Shown in pieces: positions 10,486-19,074 of a DNA stretch of 64,000 bases. Numbering within the stretch: position 1 is the stretch's first letter; each line of letters starts with the position of its first letter. The stretch covers positions 23,954-87,953 of the forward strand of contig JBBINR010000010.1 in the NCBI GenBank assembly GCA_037443785.1. Reading direction: 5' to 3'. Source of the stretch: Ignavibacteriales bacterium. GTDB lineage: Bacteria; Bacteroidota; Ignavibacteria; UBA10030; UBA8401. The position numbers and the translations under genes were made by a program. Below the pieces are notes generated by a model. The model ran no database searches, was not told the DNA's origin, and saw only the letters and a list, made by a program, of their open reading frames with translations.

Positions 10486-11337
10486 TTACGGAAATGTGCA
10501 TCGGTACAACGTTGTTGAAGTAAGAAGTAATACGCGGTTGGAAGAAATGATTGCATCTCGTAGTTCTTCGTTGGGATTCAGTCCCATAATGGAAGTTTTG
10601 GGAATTGATTGTAGAAGCGCGCCATCGAAATCAAAAATCAAAATTGACGTAGAAGAAGTGACTGTGATTCTATCGACGGATGATTGGATTCTCTTCCAAT
10701 GATTTCCGGGCGATAAAGGGATTGTTTTCACAAAATTTCCGTATCGATCGAACACCTTTACGGATGAATTGTCGAGAACAAACAGGTTATCGTCTCCGGC
10801 AACCGAAATGTCAAGCGGTTGTGTGAGAGCCCCTTCGCCATCACGGAAAGTCCCTATTTCTTTTTCAATCTGATGACGTTGATTGATTTTAATTATTCTG
10901 TGACCGTCGCTCTCAATAACAAATAGGTCGCCCTGCGACGAAGTAGCACACGCGAGCGGGTAAAATCTTCCCTCTAATTTTGAGAATGAATTTTCGTCAA
11001 TTGTTTGGATGAAGTTCGATGCTTTATCATACTTCTGAATTCGATGATTATTTTTATCCGTCACATAAATTTCAAACAAAAAAGAAGACCACACATCGAC
11101 GGGGTCGTCAAACTCATAGTTACCCCAGCCAATGCCGCCGAAGAAATTCATCTCTCCGCTTTTAGAATTACGGTGAAACAGTTTACTCGTCTTCCTATCG
11201 ATGACAACAATATCGCCATTCTCAATAATTGACATTGTTTCTGCATCTTTAAATTCACCGATTGCAGATTCAATGATCAATGGAGAGTTTGCGTCACTCG
11301 ACTGGAGGAAGAAAAACGTGAATAAAATAGCAATCAT
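10486..11337 (-). CDS. secreted NHL-repeat beta-propeller protein
   Basis: 283 aa with a signal-like N-terminus. Repeated NHL-type units: EIYVTDKNNHRIQKYD, DLFVIESDGHRIIKIN, NLFVLDNSSVKVFDRYGNFV. Confidence 0.6.
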   Translation of the reverse strand: MIAILFTFFFLQSSDANSPLIIESAIGEFKDAETMSIIENGDIVVIDRKTSKLFHRNSKSGEMNFFGGIGWGNYEFDDPVDVWSSFLFEIYVTDKNNHRIQKYDKASNFIQTIDENSFSKLEGRFYPLACATSSQGDLFVIESDGHRIIKINQRHQIEKEIGTFRDGEGALTQPLDISVAGDDNLFVLDNSSVKVFDRYGNFVKTIPLSPGNHWKRIQSSVDRITVTSSTSILIFDFDGALLQSIPKTSIMGLNPNEELRDAIISSNRVLLLTSTTLYRCTFP

Positions 11338-11361
11338 GAATTTATTGGCGGTCCAACAGGC

Positions 11362-11398
11362 TAAAAAAAATAAGGGGTTGAGAAAATCTCAACCCCTT
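11362..11398 (-). terminator. strong intrinsic terminator after the PorV-like gene
   Basis: 11-bp stem AAGGGGTTGAG / CTCAACCCCTT (11372-11398) with a 5-nt loop. On the minus strand it is followed by A then eight U (A-run 11363-11370 on plus). Confidence 0.8.
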
Positions 11399-11423
11399 TG
11401 TAAGTAAAACTACATCTACTCCA

Positions 11424-12455
11424 TTAGAAACCAAGAGTAACAGTGATTACATTGTTAGCATCCATATATTTTAAGTGACGATATGCATAATCAACTTTTA
11501 CGTTGATGCCACTTAAATCGTAATTAACTCCGGCGCCAAAAGTATAATCGTAAATGTATTCATTCTCTGCCGTATTTGGAGAAGACAAATATCCGCCGCG
11601 GAGAAACACCATATCTTTAAATCCGTATTCGGCACCCAGTTTGTATTCATCACCCTGGTAATTATTATTCTGGAAATTTGTCATGAGTGTAAAGGCATTG
11701 ACATCGTCTAGCTTTCGTTGATAGGCAAGCCCAATTTCAATTGTTGACGGAAGATCAAATTCTGCTGCATCAACTTTATAAAATTGTTCTGCACGATCTG
11801 CACCAGTTACTTTTGCAGTATACAAGAGATCCGAACCGTCAAACTTCATGCTTGGTCCGATATTTTTAATTGCGATACCGAGTTTCAACTCCGGAATAAC
11901 AAGTCCATTGTATTGAACTCCTGCATTAAGTCCGTATCCTGTTGCCGAAGTGCTCATAATTTGTTCTGTGATAACATTTACTGTCGCTCCTACTGAGATG
12001 CGGTCATTAAGCATTTTTGCGTAAGAGACGCCGACTGTTGCGTACACCGGTGAATAATTTTCGCCTGTGCCATCCGGGAAATCAACGGTGGTCACCGGTA
12101 TGTCGCCGAAGGAAAGTGTCTTGAGCGAAAAACCAAGATGACCAAAACTTCCGGCATCAATACCAATGGCGCCGTAGTTCAAATTGATATCCGCAAAATA
12201 CTGCATATGCGAAATCATTACTTCAGTGCTTTTTTCTGTTCGAACAAGACCAGCAGGATTCCAGTAAATAGCATCGATACCACTCGTCGTTGCTAAATTT
12301 GCATTTCCTACTGCTACACCTGCAGCTCCCACCGGAATCAACAACTCCTGCGCCCCGGCAGTACCTGTTCTACCTTTATTCCCTCCATAGAGGGCTTGAC
12401 TAGCAAGCCCCACTACGATCAGGAATGTAATAAGAACCTTATTTAATTTTTCCAT
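11424..12455 (-). CDS. PorV/PorQ-like outer-membrane beta-barrel protein
   Basis: 343 aa with a signal peptide. AQELLIPVGAAGVAVGNANLATTSGIDAIYWNPAGL resembles the conserved N-terminal PorV (LptO) motif. Alternating beta-strand pattern and an aromatic C-terminus ...VITVTLGF. Confidence 0.6.
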   Translation of the reverse strand: MEKLNKVLITFLIVVGLASQALYGGNKGRTGTAGAQELLIPVGAAGVAVGNANLATTSGIDAIYWNPAGLVRTEKSTEVMISHMQYFADINLNYGAIGIDAGSFGHLGFSLKTLSFGDIPVTTVDFPDGTGENYSPVYATVGVSYAKMLNDRISVGATVNVITEQIMSTSATGYGLNAGVQYNGLVIPELKLGIAIKNIGPSMKFDGSDLLYTAKVTGADRAEQFYKVDAAEFDLPSTIEIGLAYQRKLDDVNAFTLMTNFQNNNYQGDEYKLGAEYGFKDMVFLRGGYLSSPNTAENEYIYDYTFGAGVNYDLSGINVKVDYAYRHLKYMDANNVITVTLGF

Positions 12456-12506
12456 ATAGAATCTCCTAATTTCATATATTTTGAATTCAAGGAAATGAAT
12501 ACACGT

Positions 12507-15500
12507 TTAGTATTTATCAAGCTGCTGCAATTCTTGGATGACCGCAAGTTTCAGGATCTTTGTTCCAAGACTACCGCCTAGATCGATATACACTACATAC
12601 ATTCCCGAAGCAACCGGTAAGCCGGATTCATTTTTTAAGTCCCATGTTAAGTATTGCGAAGCATCATTTTTTACCAACTTACGCAAACGAACACCAGCAA
12701 GATTTACGATGCTAAGAGTTGCTTTTTGCGGTAAATGGCTAAACGTTACAAACTTCGTGTATTTATTTGGTTCCTTTTGATTGAATCCAAAATACGGGTT
12801 AGGATAAACATTAATTAATGAGACATCTGCCTTTGCTAAAGCCGTACTGCTTGCTGGAGCGTTTGCAACAAACGTAAATGCATCATTCACACCGTTAGGC
12901 TTGGTCGAAATAATACGAATCACGTTCCCCGTAGCCGGCATAGTTGAATTAACATTGGCAGGCCATGTAGCATCACTTACGGATCCGCCGTTGAAATTTA
13001 CCAAAACGGTTCGAGCCATAACTTCAAGTCCGGTTCCTTGGCTTCCATCATATCCAGCGCCCGCAGCAACAAATGCATCATATCCTGCAGTACCCGGTGT
13101 TTTTGGACTTGGTTCCATCCAATATATCCAGTCAGTATACGGATCGTTGTCACTGCCGGAAACAGTATGGTCAATTTTTAGTAAATTAAATTTGCCATCT
13201 CCATCTTCATCATTAACCCACGGAATCATTCGGAAATCATCCGATGCATCGTTCGGCGTGTTGATACCAATGTTCCATAATTCAAACGGGACATCAATTG
13301 TTGCACCAGTTGTAAATGCAAGATTTGCTTTACCTCCCGCTGCAGTAAACCGAATCTCGAAATCATAAGGAACAAAGCGATTAAAATTGGTTCCTCGAAA
13401 AGTTCTTGGGAGGAAACGTCCAGCATATGTTGCATCGGCATTATTACCGCCAGTGTGAATTCCCCATCTGCCACCACCCCAATCAGTTTGCGGGCGATCA
13501 TTTGCACCATCTGCGGCCAAACCATCAGAAGTCGGGAATCCATTGAATCCAAATGTTGCTGAAGTAGGCGGATTAATTGCGCCCGAAGGACCTGCTACAT
13601 GAAGAATTCTTTTTACATCATTTGGCGCACCAACAACACCAATCTGTAGTCCATCTACGCTAAACGAAGGTGCTCCCGTTTGATTGGTTTGACTAGCCAA
13701 TAGAGTTGTGTTTGCGGTTACGTCCTTAAGATTCCATTTTGTAGAACCGCCGGTCGTATCAAACGAAACTCTGTACGTATGCCCTGTCAGTCTTGCAGGA
13801 TCTACAACAAATGCACTTACAACGCCATCACTGGCACCTGCATGAGTAGAATGAATCGTATCCCCAGAAGCAAAAGAATATCTTACTCCCGGTTTTGAAG
13901 ATTGCGGAACGATTTCAAGCACCGTTGGTGAACTTTCTAATGTTGCAGGAACTGCGCCAGGACTGGAATTAAAGTTATATGCTGTAACAGCGAAATAATA
14001 ACTCTGACCATTTACCAAAGGCTTATCGGTCAAATAATCTTTGGTGATATCAAATGTTCTAACAATACCAAGGTCGTTACCAAATTGAACAGGTTTTGTG
14101 ATAACCGTTCCTACACCGTCGTCATAAACAGCATCTAAAATATTCAACACGCCATCAACCTTGTCATAGGTTGCTAAGAGTTTAGCATTGCTGAATCCTT
14201 TTCCGGGAAGCTGATATACATTATATCCCTGGAAAGCGTATCCTTTTCCGTTGGCCGCAGTTTGACCTTCTGTCTTTGGAGCATTCACTGGATCGCCCCA
14301 ATCAAGAACAATCTGTTTGTCTAATTGAGCAACCTTTACAACCGGTGAAGAAGGTGCTGAAGGAAGATCAAAATTATTGTCGTATGCTAATTGAGCTATC
14401 TGATCATAGAACTTCAAAACAGAAATACTCGACAATCGGTTGCTGCCTTGACCGGTAATAGCCGCAACAACAACTTCCTGTGTATCTCCATCAAGCATCG
14501 TGAACGGCCCGGAACATAATGCCATACGGCGATCATCCGGTGACGCAATAGTTCCTTCGATCCATCCTTTATTTGTTACCGGATCACCTGAAAGAACGTA
14601 CTTTGTAACTAAACCTGTTGTCGGATTAACATAAGGAGCGGCAGTTCGTCCGACAAGACCTTTCATCAAATTATACCATTCCGTGGTTCCACGGGGATCA
14701 TTTAATCGTGGATCAACGTACGTAGCATTACTGTTAATGAAAAAGTTAAATGCGGTCATTCCAAGATTCTTTTTCCCTTTTACATACTTTCCGTCAACTT
14801 TTCCTGAATCAGTTGCAACTCCAGGAATCAAAGGTCCCTGGAAGAAATCGAATCCTGTTGCCGGTGGTTTCGGACCAAAGAAACCGTCAGAAGCATCGCC
14901 GTTATAGACATATCCTAAACTCAATACGGTATCACATCCGGTATAGTCATCTTTATAACCAAGTCCACCGCCAAGATCAGGATCTGCCCATTGGGCAACA
15001 TACATACTATCTATTCTATAACCGCTTTTATTGATAATCTTATTTTTTTGGAAAATGATGTTGCCAAGCGCACCTGAACGACGATACGCCCAAATTGTTC
15101 GCTGAAACTCAATACCGAACGGATCTTGACCGGCTAAATAATATGTTCTGGAAGCATCAAGATCGTTCGCAACGTACCAAATGGTTTGATCAGCACCGGA
15201 GACACCAGGAATATCTTTCGTTGGATCGTATATTCCGTTATGATCAACATCGGTATACGGAGCACCATCAGCCGCCGGCCATTCATTCCAGTCTTTTACA
15301 TATTGGTCGAAAATTTGCTTTGCCGTATATGTTTCATACTTGCTAAACATAGCGACATCCTGCGAATTTAACATCGATTCCATATCAGCATCAAAGGCGC
15401 TGCTGGGTCCAACATCCGGACGAACTTTGTAGATTCGGTACTTTTCTTTTGCAGGATCATCAGCAACAGCAGCCGAAGACGTTGTTCCCGCCGTAAGAAT

Positions 15501-15860
15501 TTTACCTGCTTGTATTCCGTGGTTATATGTAGAACCGCCAACCTTTACTTTATTATCTTTTAAGTGTTTGCCGCCCCACAAAAAACCTTCTTCAAAAATT
15601 GATATACCACGATTTGCACTGACCAATTCAAATCCACCGTCGCCGGTGAACGGATTTAAAGAACCATCACCATTGTTTGAATAATATGAAAAAATATTAT
15701 TAATGGTCATTGCAGTGAAAACGTCGTTCGTGTATACTTTTTGCAACTTTGAGCGATCTTTTTGAGATTGCTCATATGGATGTCCTGCAAAGAGAACTCC
15801 AATTGCAATAAAAATAAACAACAGGAGACGACGCACATAAGATTTAGACGTAATCGTCAT
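12507..15860 (-). CDS. large secreted protein with T9SS C-terminal sorting domain (paralogue B)
   Basis: ORF-track start 15902 trimmed to ATG 15860, which has GGAGG 9 nt upstream and opens a signal-like MTITSKSYVRRLLLFIFIAIGVLFAG. T9SS CTD pattern: INVYPNPYFGF...ATLSIVNLAGVRLRKL...WDLKNESG...ASGMYVVYIDLG...KILKLAVI. Confidence 0.75.
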   Translation of the reverse strand: MTITSKSYVRRLLLFIFIAIGVLFAGHPYEQSQKDRSKLQKVYTNDVFTAMTINNIFSYYSNNGDGSLNPFTGDGGFELVSANRGISIFEEGFLWGGKHLKDNKVKVGGSTYNHGIQAGKILTAGTTSSAAVADDPAKEKYRIYKVRPDVGPSSAFDADMESMLNSQDVAMFSKYETYTAKQIFDQYVKDWNEWPAADGAPYTDVDHNGIYDPTKDIPGVSGADQTIWYVANDLDASRTYYLAGQDPFGIEFQRTIWAYRRSGALGNIIFQKNKIINKSGYRIDSMYVAQWADPDLGGGLGYKDDYTGCDTVLSLGYVYNGDASDGFFGPKPPATGFDFFQGPLIPGVATDSGKVDGKYVKGKKNLGMTAFNFFINSNATYVDPRLNDPRGTTEWYNLMKGLVGRTAAPYVNPTTGLVTKYVLSGDPVTNKGWIEGTIASPDDRRMALCSGPFTMLDGDTQEVVVAAITGQGSNRLSSISVLKFYDQIAQLAYDNNFDLPSAPSSPVVKVAQLDKQIVLDWGDPVNAPKTEGQTAANGKGYAFQGYNVYQLPGKGFSNAKLLATYDKVDGVLNILDAVYDDGVGTVITKPVQFGNDLGIVRTFDITKDYLTDKPLVNGQSYYFAVTAYNFNSSPGAVPATLESSPTVLEIVPQSSKPGVRYSFASGDTIHSTHAGASDGVVSAFVVDPARLTGHTYRVSFDTTGGSTKWNLKDVTANTTLLASQTNQTGAPSFSVDGLQIGVVGAPNDVKRILHVAGPSGAINPPTSATFGFNGFPTSDGLAADGANDRPQTDWGGGRWGIHTGGNNADATYAGRFLPRTFRGTNFNRFVPYDFEIRFTAAGGKANLAFTTGATIDVPFELWNIGINTPNDASDDFRMIPWVNDEDGDGKFNLLKIDHTVSGSDNDPYTDWIYWMEPSPKTPGTAGYDAFVAAGAGYDGSQGTGLEVMARTVLVNFNGGSVSDATWPANVNSTMPATGNVIRIISTKPNGVNDAFTFVANAPASSTALAKADVSLINVYPNPYFGFNQKEPNKYTKFVTFSHLPQKATLSIVNLAGVRLRKLVKNDASQYLTWDLKNESGLPVASGMYVVYIDLGGSLGTKILKLAVIQELQQLDKY

Positions 15861-15891
15861 AAAATAAATCCTCCAATTATTTTCTTCAAAA

Positions 15892-18813
15892 TTAATATTC
15901 AAGTTTTACACCAAATCGAATTTGACGTGGTGCCGAAAAATTAGCTGCGTTATAACCACCATTCACATCATTATAAAGGGTAGTATAAGCAACACCATTT
16001 TGAGCAGCTTTATCAGCTCCACTCGGAGTAGCTAACCATCCATCATACTTCGGATCGCCAGTTCTCGGGAAAACTGAAGTAGGATTATCAAGATTCAGGA
16101 GATTTTGAACGTAGATATAAAAATCTGCACTGAGTCTTCCAAATTCGACCGCTTTATCTACACGAAGGTCAAACCGAAATTGCCACGGAGTTGTTGAAGA
16201 ACCAATTGGTTCAAGAGGTACTCTCGACCGTGCGTCGGTAACGGACAATGAGGTTATGTCTAATCTTGTAAACGAGAAGCCACTTCCAAATGTCAATAAT
16301 AAGTTAACTCCGGATTGCGATAAAATTCCTCCGTCATTTTTTGCAAACCGATAATCAATAGATGCATTTCCACTATGTGTTTGATTGAAGTCGGTCGGGA
16401 AAACAAATTTTGGAATATATCCAGGTTGTCCCGAAGCGGCAACTGCACCAGCAAGTGATTGCGGATTCGATCCGGTTCCTTTCGCATCCGAATACGTATA
16501 ACTCATTTGAGCCTGAATGCGATTTACACGACGCAATGTTACACGAATTTCTACACCTTTCGTTGTCGAATAATCTCCGTTGACAAGGGTAGGATAAACC
16601 TGTTGGCTCGATGTTGACGAAGGTTGGATTTGGGTGTATTGAATTTGATTTTGAATGTCGCGATAAAATGTTGTTACATCGAACGAAGCAAAATCCGAAA
16701 TTTGTTGAGCGAAACCAATTTCATATTGAGTGGTTCGTTCGGGTTTTAAACCATAGCCTGAAACAGCAGTAAAGTAATTTCCACCCTTCACATGGCTATA
16801 TGTTCGGCCAAGTCCAAGATATGAATCACGGAACTGCGTGCTTGACACGAGCTTGTTGAATTGAGCATGAAATACCGTTTGATCAGTCACAGGGAATGAA
16901 AAACCAATTCGCGGGCTGATATATTGTGCTGCTTCGGTCTTTTTATATGAATTACGCGAAATAACTTTGTTAACATCGTCAAATGTCACAAACGCAGGAT
17001 CTTTCAGCGTAATACCGCCATTATCGATATAATCATAACGAATACCGACATAAAGATTGATGTCAGGCAACTCCATCTTGTCTTGCACATATACGGCAGC
17101 TTCAACAGGAAGGCGCGGGCCTAAATCGGTAACACTGCTGCCTTTCGTTATATCACTGCTAATTTCTTCTCCCCAAACGTTGTATCCATAATTATCCAAT
17201 CCACCGCCTTGGGTTCTCAATTCAATCGTTTTTTGATCTTTAGATTTGCTTGCATCATTAACGGTTTGAGCGCGCAATAAAGTATTTCCAGGATTAAATC
17301 GACGAATTGTATATGTATTATATTCTCCGCCAGCTTTTAAGGCATGATTCTTTTGCTGTGCGGAAAAATCAACACGTCCGCCATACTTAGTTTCTTTTTG
17401 CACATCATAACCAGACCGCGGAACACCTCTCTGTGCGATAGTAACATCACCGCCATAGATCGTATATTGTTCAAGAGGGGTGTATTTTGATTGAAACACG
17501 TAGCCAACTTTTCTATTGGCAGCCGAATCGCCATAGGCATTGAAATTATCCTTAAGATCCGGATCCATTGTTACGTCTTTGCGATATGTATAATATGCAC
17601 TCGCTTCATAGTTGATGGATGGCGTTAAGAAATGAGTCACTTTAAAATTGCCAAAACCATTGTGGAACGTAAACATTGCAGTCCGCGAGGCATTGAAAAT
17701 ATCGAAAATACCCGCTGTGTTTTTTTGCTCACTCGTAGAATAAGAACCGGAAGCTTTCAACTGCAAATTACCCATATTGTATAACAACGTTCCAACATAG
17801 TTAAATGCATTTGACATGCCGCCAAATCTATTTCCCGCTTGATACGAAAGGTTAAGCGTATCAGGCAACGACGTTCCGATATGAGCCGGAGTCTTTGTAG
17901 GATCGGTTATAACATTCTTCACATTTATTCCATCCCAGAATCGAACAGCCGGATCACGGAAGAAAGTATTTTGAATACTTCCAAAGAATCGTAATTTTTC
18001 TGTCATTACCGGTCCACCAAATGTGGCCGTGTAATCTGAATATCCGTAGGAATAACCACCTAAACTTTTTGTTCCTTGCTTTGTGTAATTGTCAGTCTCA
18101 GCCAGTAAAGAAAATTTCCATGTTTCAGATCCGGTTCGTAATTGGCTAAAGACCAAACCGCCGGTTGCATTTCCATACTCTGCCGAATATCCGCCGGCTT
18201 GAACTTGAATTTGTTCCACCGTTTCACTGTTGAACGTTACACCTCTTCCACCCATCAATTTATTGGAAGACGGCACGCCATCGACAACATAACCCGTAGC
18301 ATCGGCACGCGCACCTCGGATGTAAAAATTCCCACCATTCGAGACAACACCGGGTTGCAGGCTAACAATATTTGCAACACCTCTAACCGGAAGAGTGGCA
18401 ATAAAATCATTGTCCACAATGCGAACAGCTGCCGTTGCAGATTTGTTCACCAGCGGCCGCTCAGCAATAACCTCAACCGTACCTACTTGCACACCTTCGG
18501 CGGGTAATTTAAAGTTCGCTTCCGATGTCAAATCAGCGTTAACGCGAACGTTGGATACTGTGATTGTCTGATATCCAATATAGCTGGCGCGTAACGAATA
18601 CGTTCCTACCTCGAGTTTTAAAATATTAAACTCACCATTTAGATCTGTCGTCGATCCAAAAGAAGTACCAACAACAACAACAGCGGCACCTACCAATGGT
18701 TCACCGGTTTGACTGTCAACTACTTTCCCTTTAATCTTACCTTGCGTTCCCGCAAAAATCAGATAGGGAAGAAACATTGTTGCAGTCAGAAAAAAGTAGA
18801 ACTTTCGTCTCAT
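15892..18813 (-). CDS. TonB-dependent outer-membrane receptor with N-terminal carboxypeptidase-regulatory-like domain
   Basis: 973 aa with a signal peptide. CarboxypepD_reg-like segment KIKGKVVDSQTGEPLVGAAVVVVGT...DLNGEF. Plug-type motif FYIRGARADATGYVVDGVP. Long barrel ending RQIRFGVKLEY. AGGAG RBS before ATG 18813. Confidence 0.85.
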   Translation of the reverse strand: MRRKFYFFLTATMFLPYLIFAGTQGKIKGKVVDSQTGEPLVGAAVVVVGTSFGSTTDLNGEFNILKLEVGTYSLRASYIGYQTITVSNVRVNADLTSEANFKLPAEGVQVGTVEVIAERPLVNKSATAAVRIVDNDFIATLPVRGVANIVSLQPGVVSNGGNFYIRGARADATGYVVDGVPSSNKLMGGRGVTFNSETVEQIQVQAGGYSAEYGNATGGLVFSQLRTGSETWKFSLLAETDNYTKQGTKSLGGYSYGYSDYTATFGGPVMTEKLRFFGSIQNTFFRDPAVRFWDGINVKNVITDPTKTPAHIGTSLPDTLNLSYQAGNRFGGMSNAFNYVGTLLYNMGNLQLKASGSYSTSEQKNTAGIFDIFNASRTAMFTFHNGFGNFKVTHFLTPSINYEASAYYTYRKDVTMDPDLKDNFNAYGDSAANRKVGYVFQSKYTPLEQYTIYGGDVTIAQRGVPRSGYDVQKETKYGGRVDFSAQQKNHALKAGGEYNTYTIRRFNPGNTLLRAQTVNDASKSKDQKTIELRTQGGGLDNYGYNVWGEEISSDITKGSSVTDLGPRLPVEAAVYVQDKMELPDINLYVGIRYDYIDNGGITLKDPAFVTFDDVNKVISRNSYKKTEAAQYISPRIGFSFPVTDQTVFHAQFNKLVSSTQFRDSYLGLGRTYSHVKGGNYFTAVSGYGLKPERTTQYEIGFAQQISDFASFDVTTFYRDIQNQIQYTQIQPSSTSSQQVYPTLVNGDYSTTKGVEIRVTLRRVNRIQAQMSYTYSDAKGTGSNPQSLAGAVAASGQPGYIPKFVFPTDFNQTHSGNASIDYRFAKNDGGILSQSGVNLLLTFGSGFSFTRLDITSLSVTDARSRVPLEPIGSSTTPWQFRFDLRVDKAVEFGRLSADFYIYVQNLLNLDNPTSVFPRTGDPKYDGWLATPSGADKAAQNGVAYTTLYNDVNGGYNAANFSAPRQIRFGVKLEY

Positions 18814-18973
18814 GTTTTTCTCCTAATTATTATAGATGGGTGATGTGGATTAAGTACGTATTTCAAAATGGAATTACAGTTTGCGGTTGTTGATGTAGCA
18901 AAAAAATTTTTCACTATGTAACTTTTTCTTAATTGCACCGTAATAATAGCATTGTCTGTGAATTAATAATGTG

Positions 18974-19002
18974 AATATAGAGAGCGCAAGTGCAAATGTC
19001 AA
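18974..19002 (-). promoter_or_regulatory. sigma70-type promoter of the receptor / T9SS-cargo / PorV-like unit
   Basis: The minus strand reads TTGACA (19002-18997), a 17-nt spacer, then TATATT (18979-18974). It sits about 160 nt upstream of ATG 18813. Confidence 0.55.
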
Positions 19003-19074
19003 GTAGAACAGTGACAAAAAATCACTATTTACTTTTGTAAAAAATAACTATAAAACGAGAAAGATTGCAGTATT

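Noticed and set aside
12901-13368. 155-aa plus-strand ORF that resembles another plus-strand ORF at 4278..4592 (both contain RITFPVAGI.ELT.AG...PPLKFTKT.RAITS.PVPW.PSYPAPAATNASYPAVPGV)
   Set aside because: The apparent conservation arises only because both are antisense to the most conserved part of the two giant paralogues. It is not independent evidence of coding.
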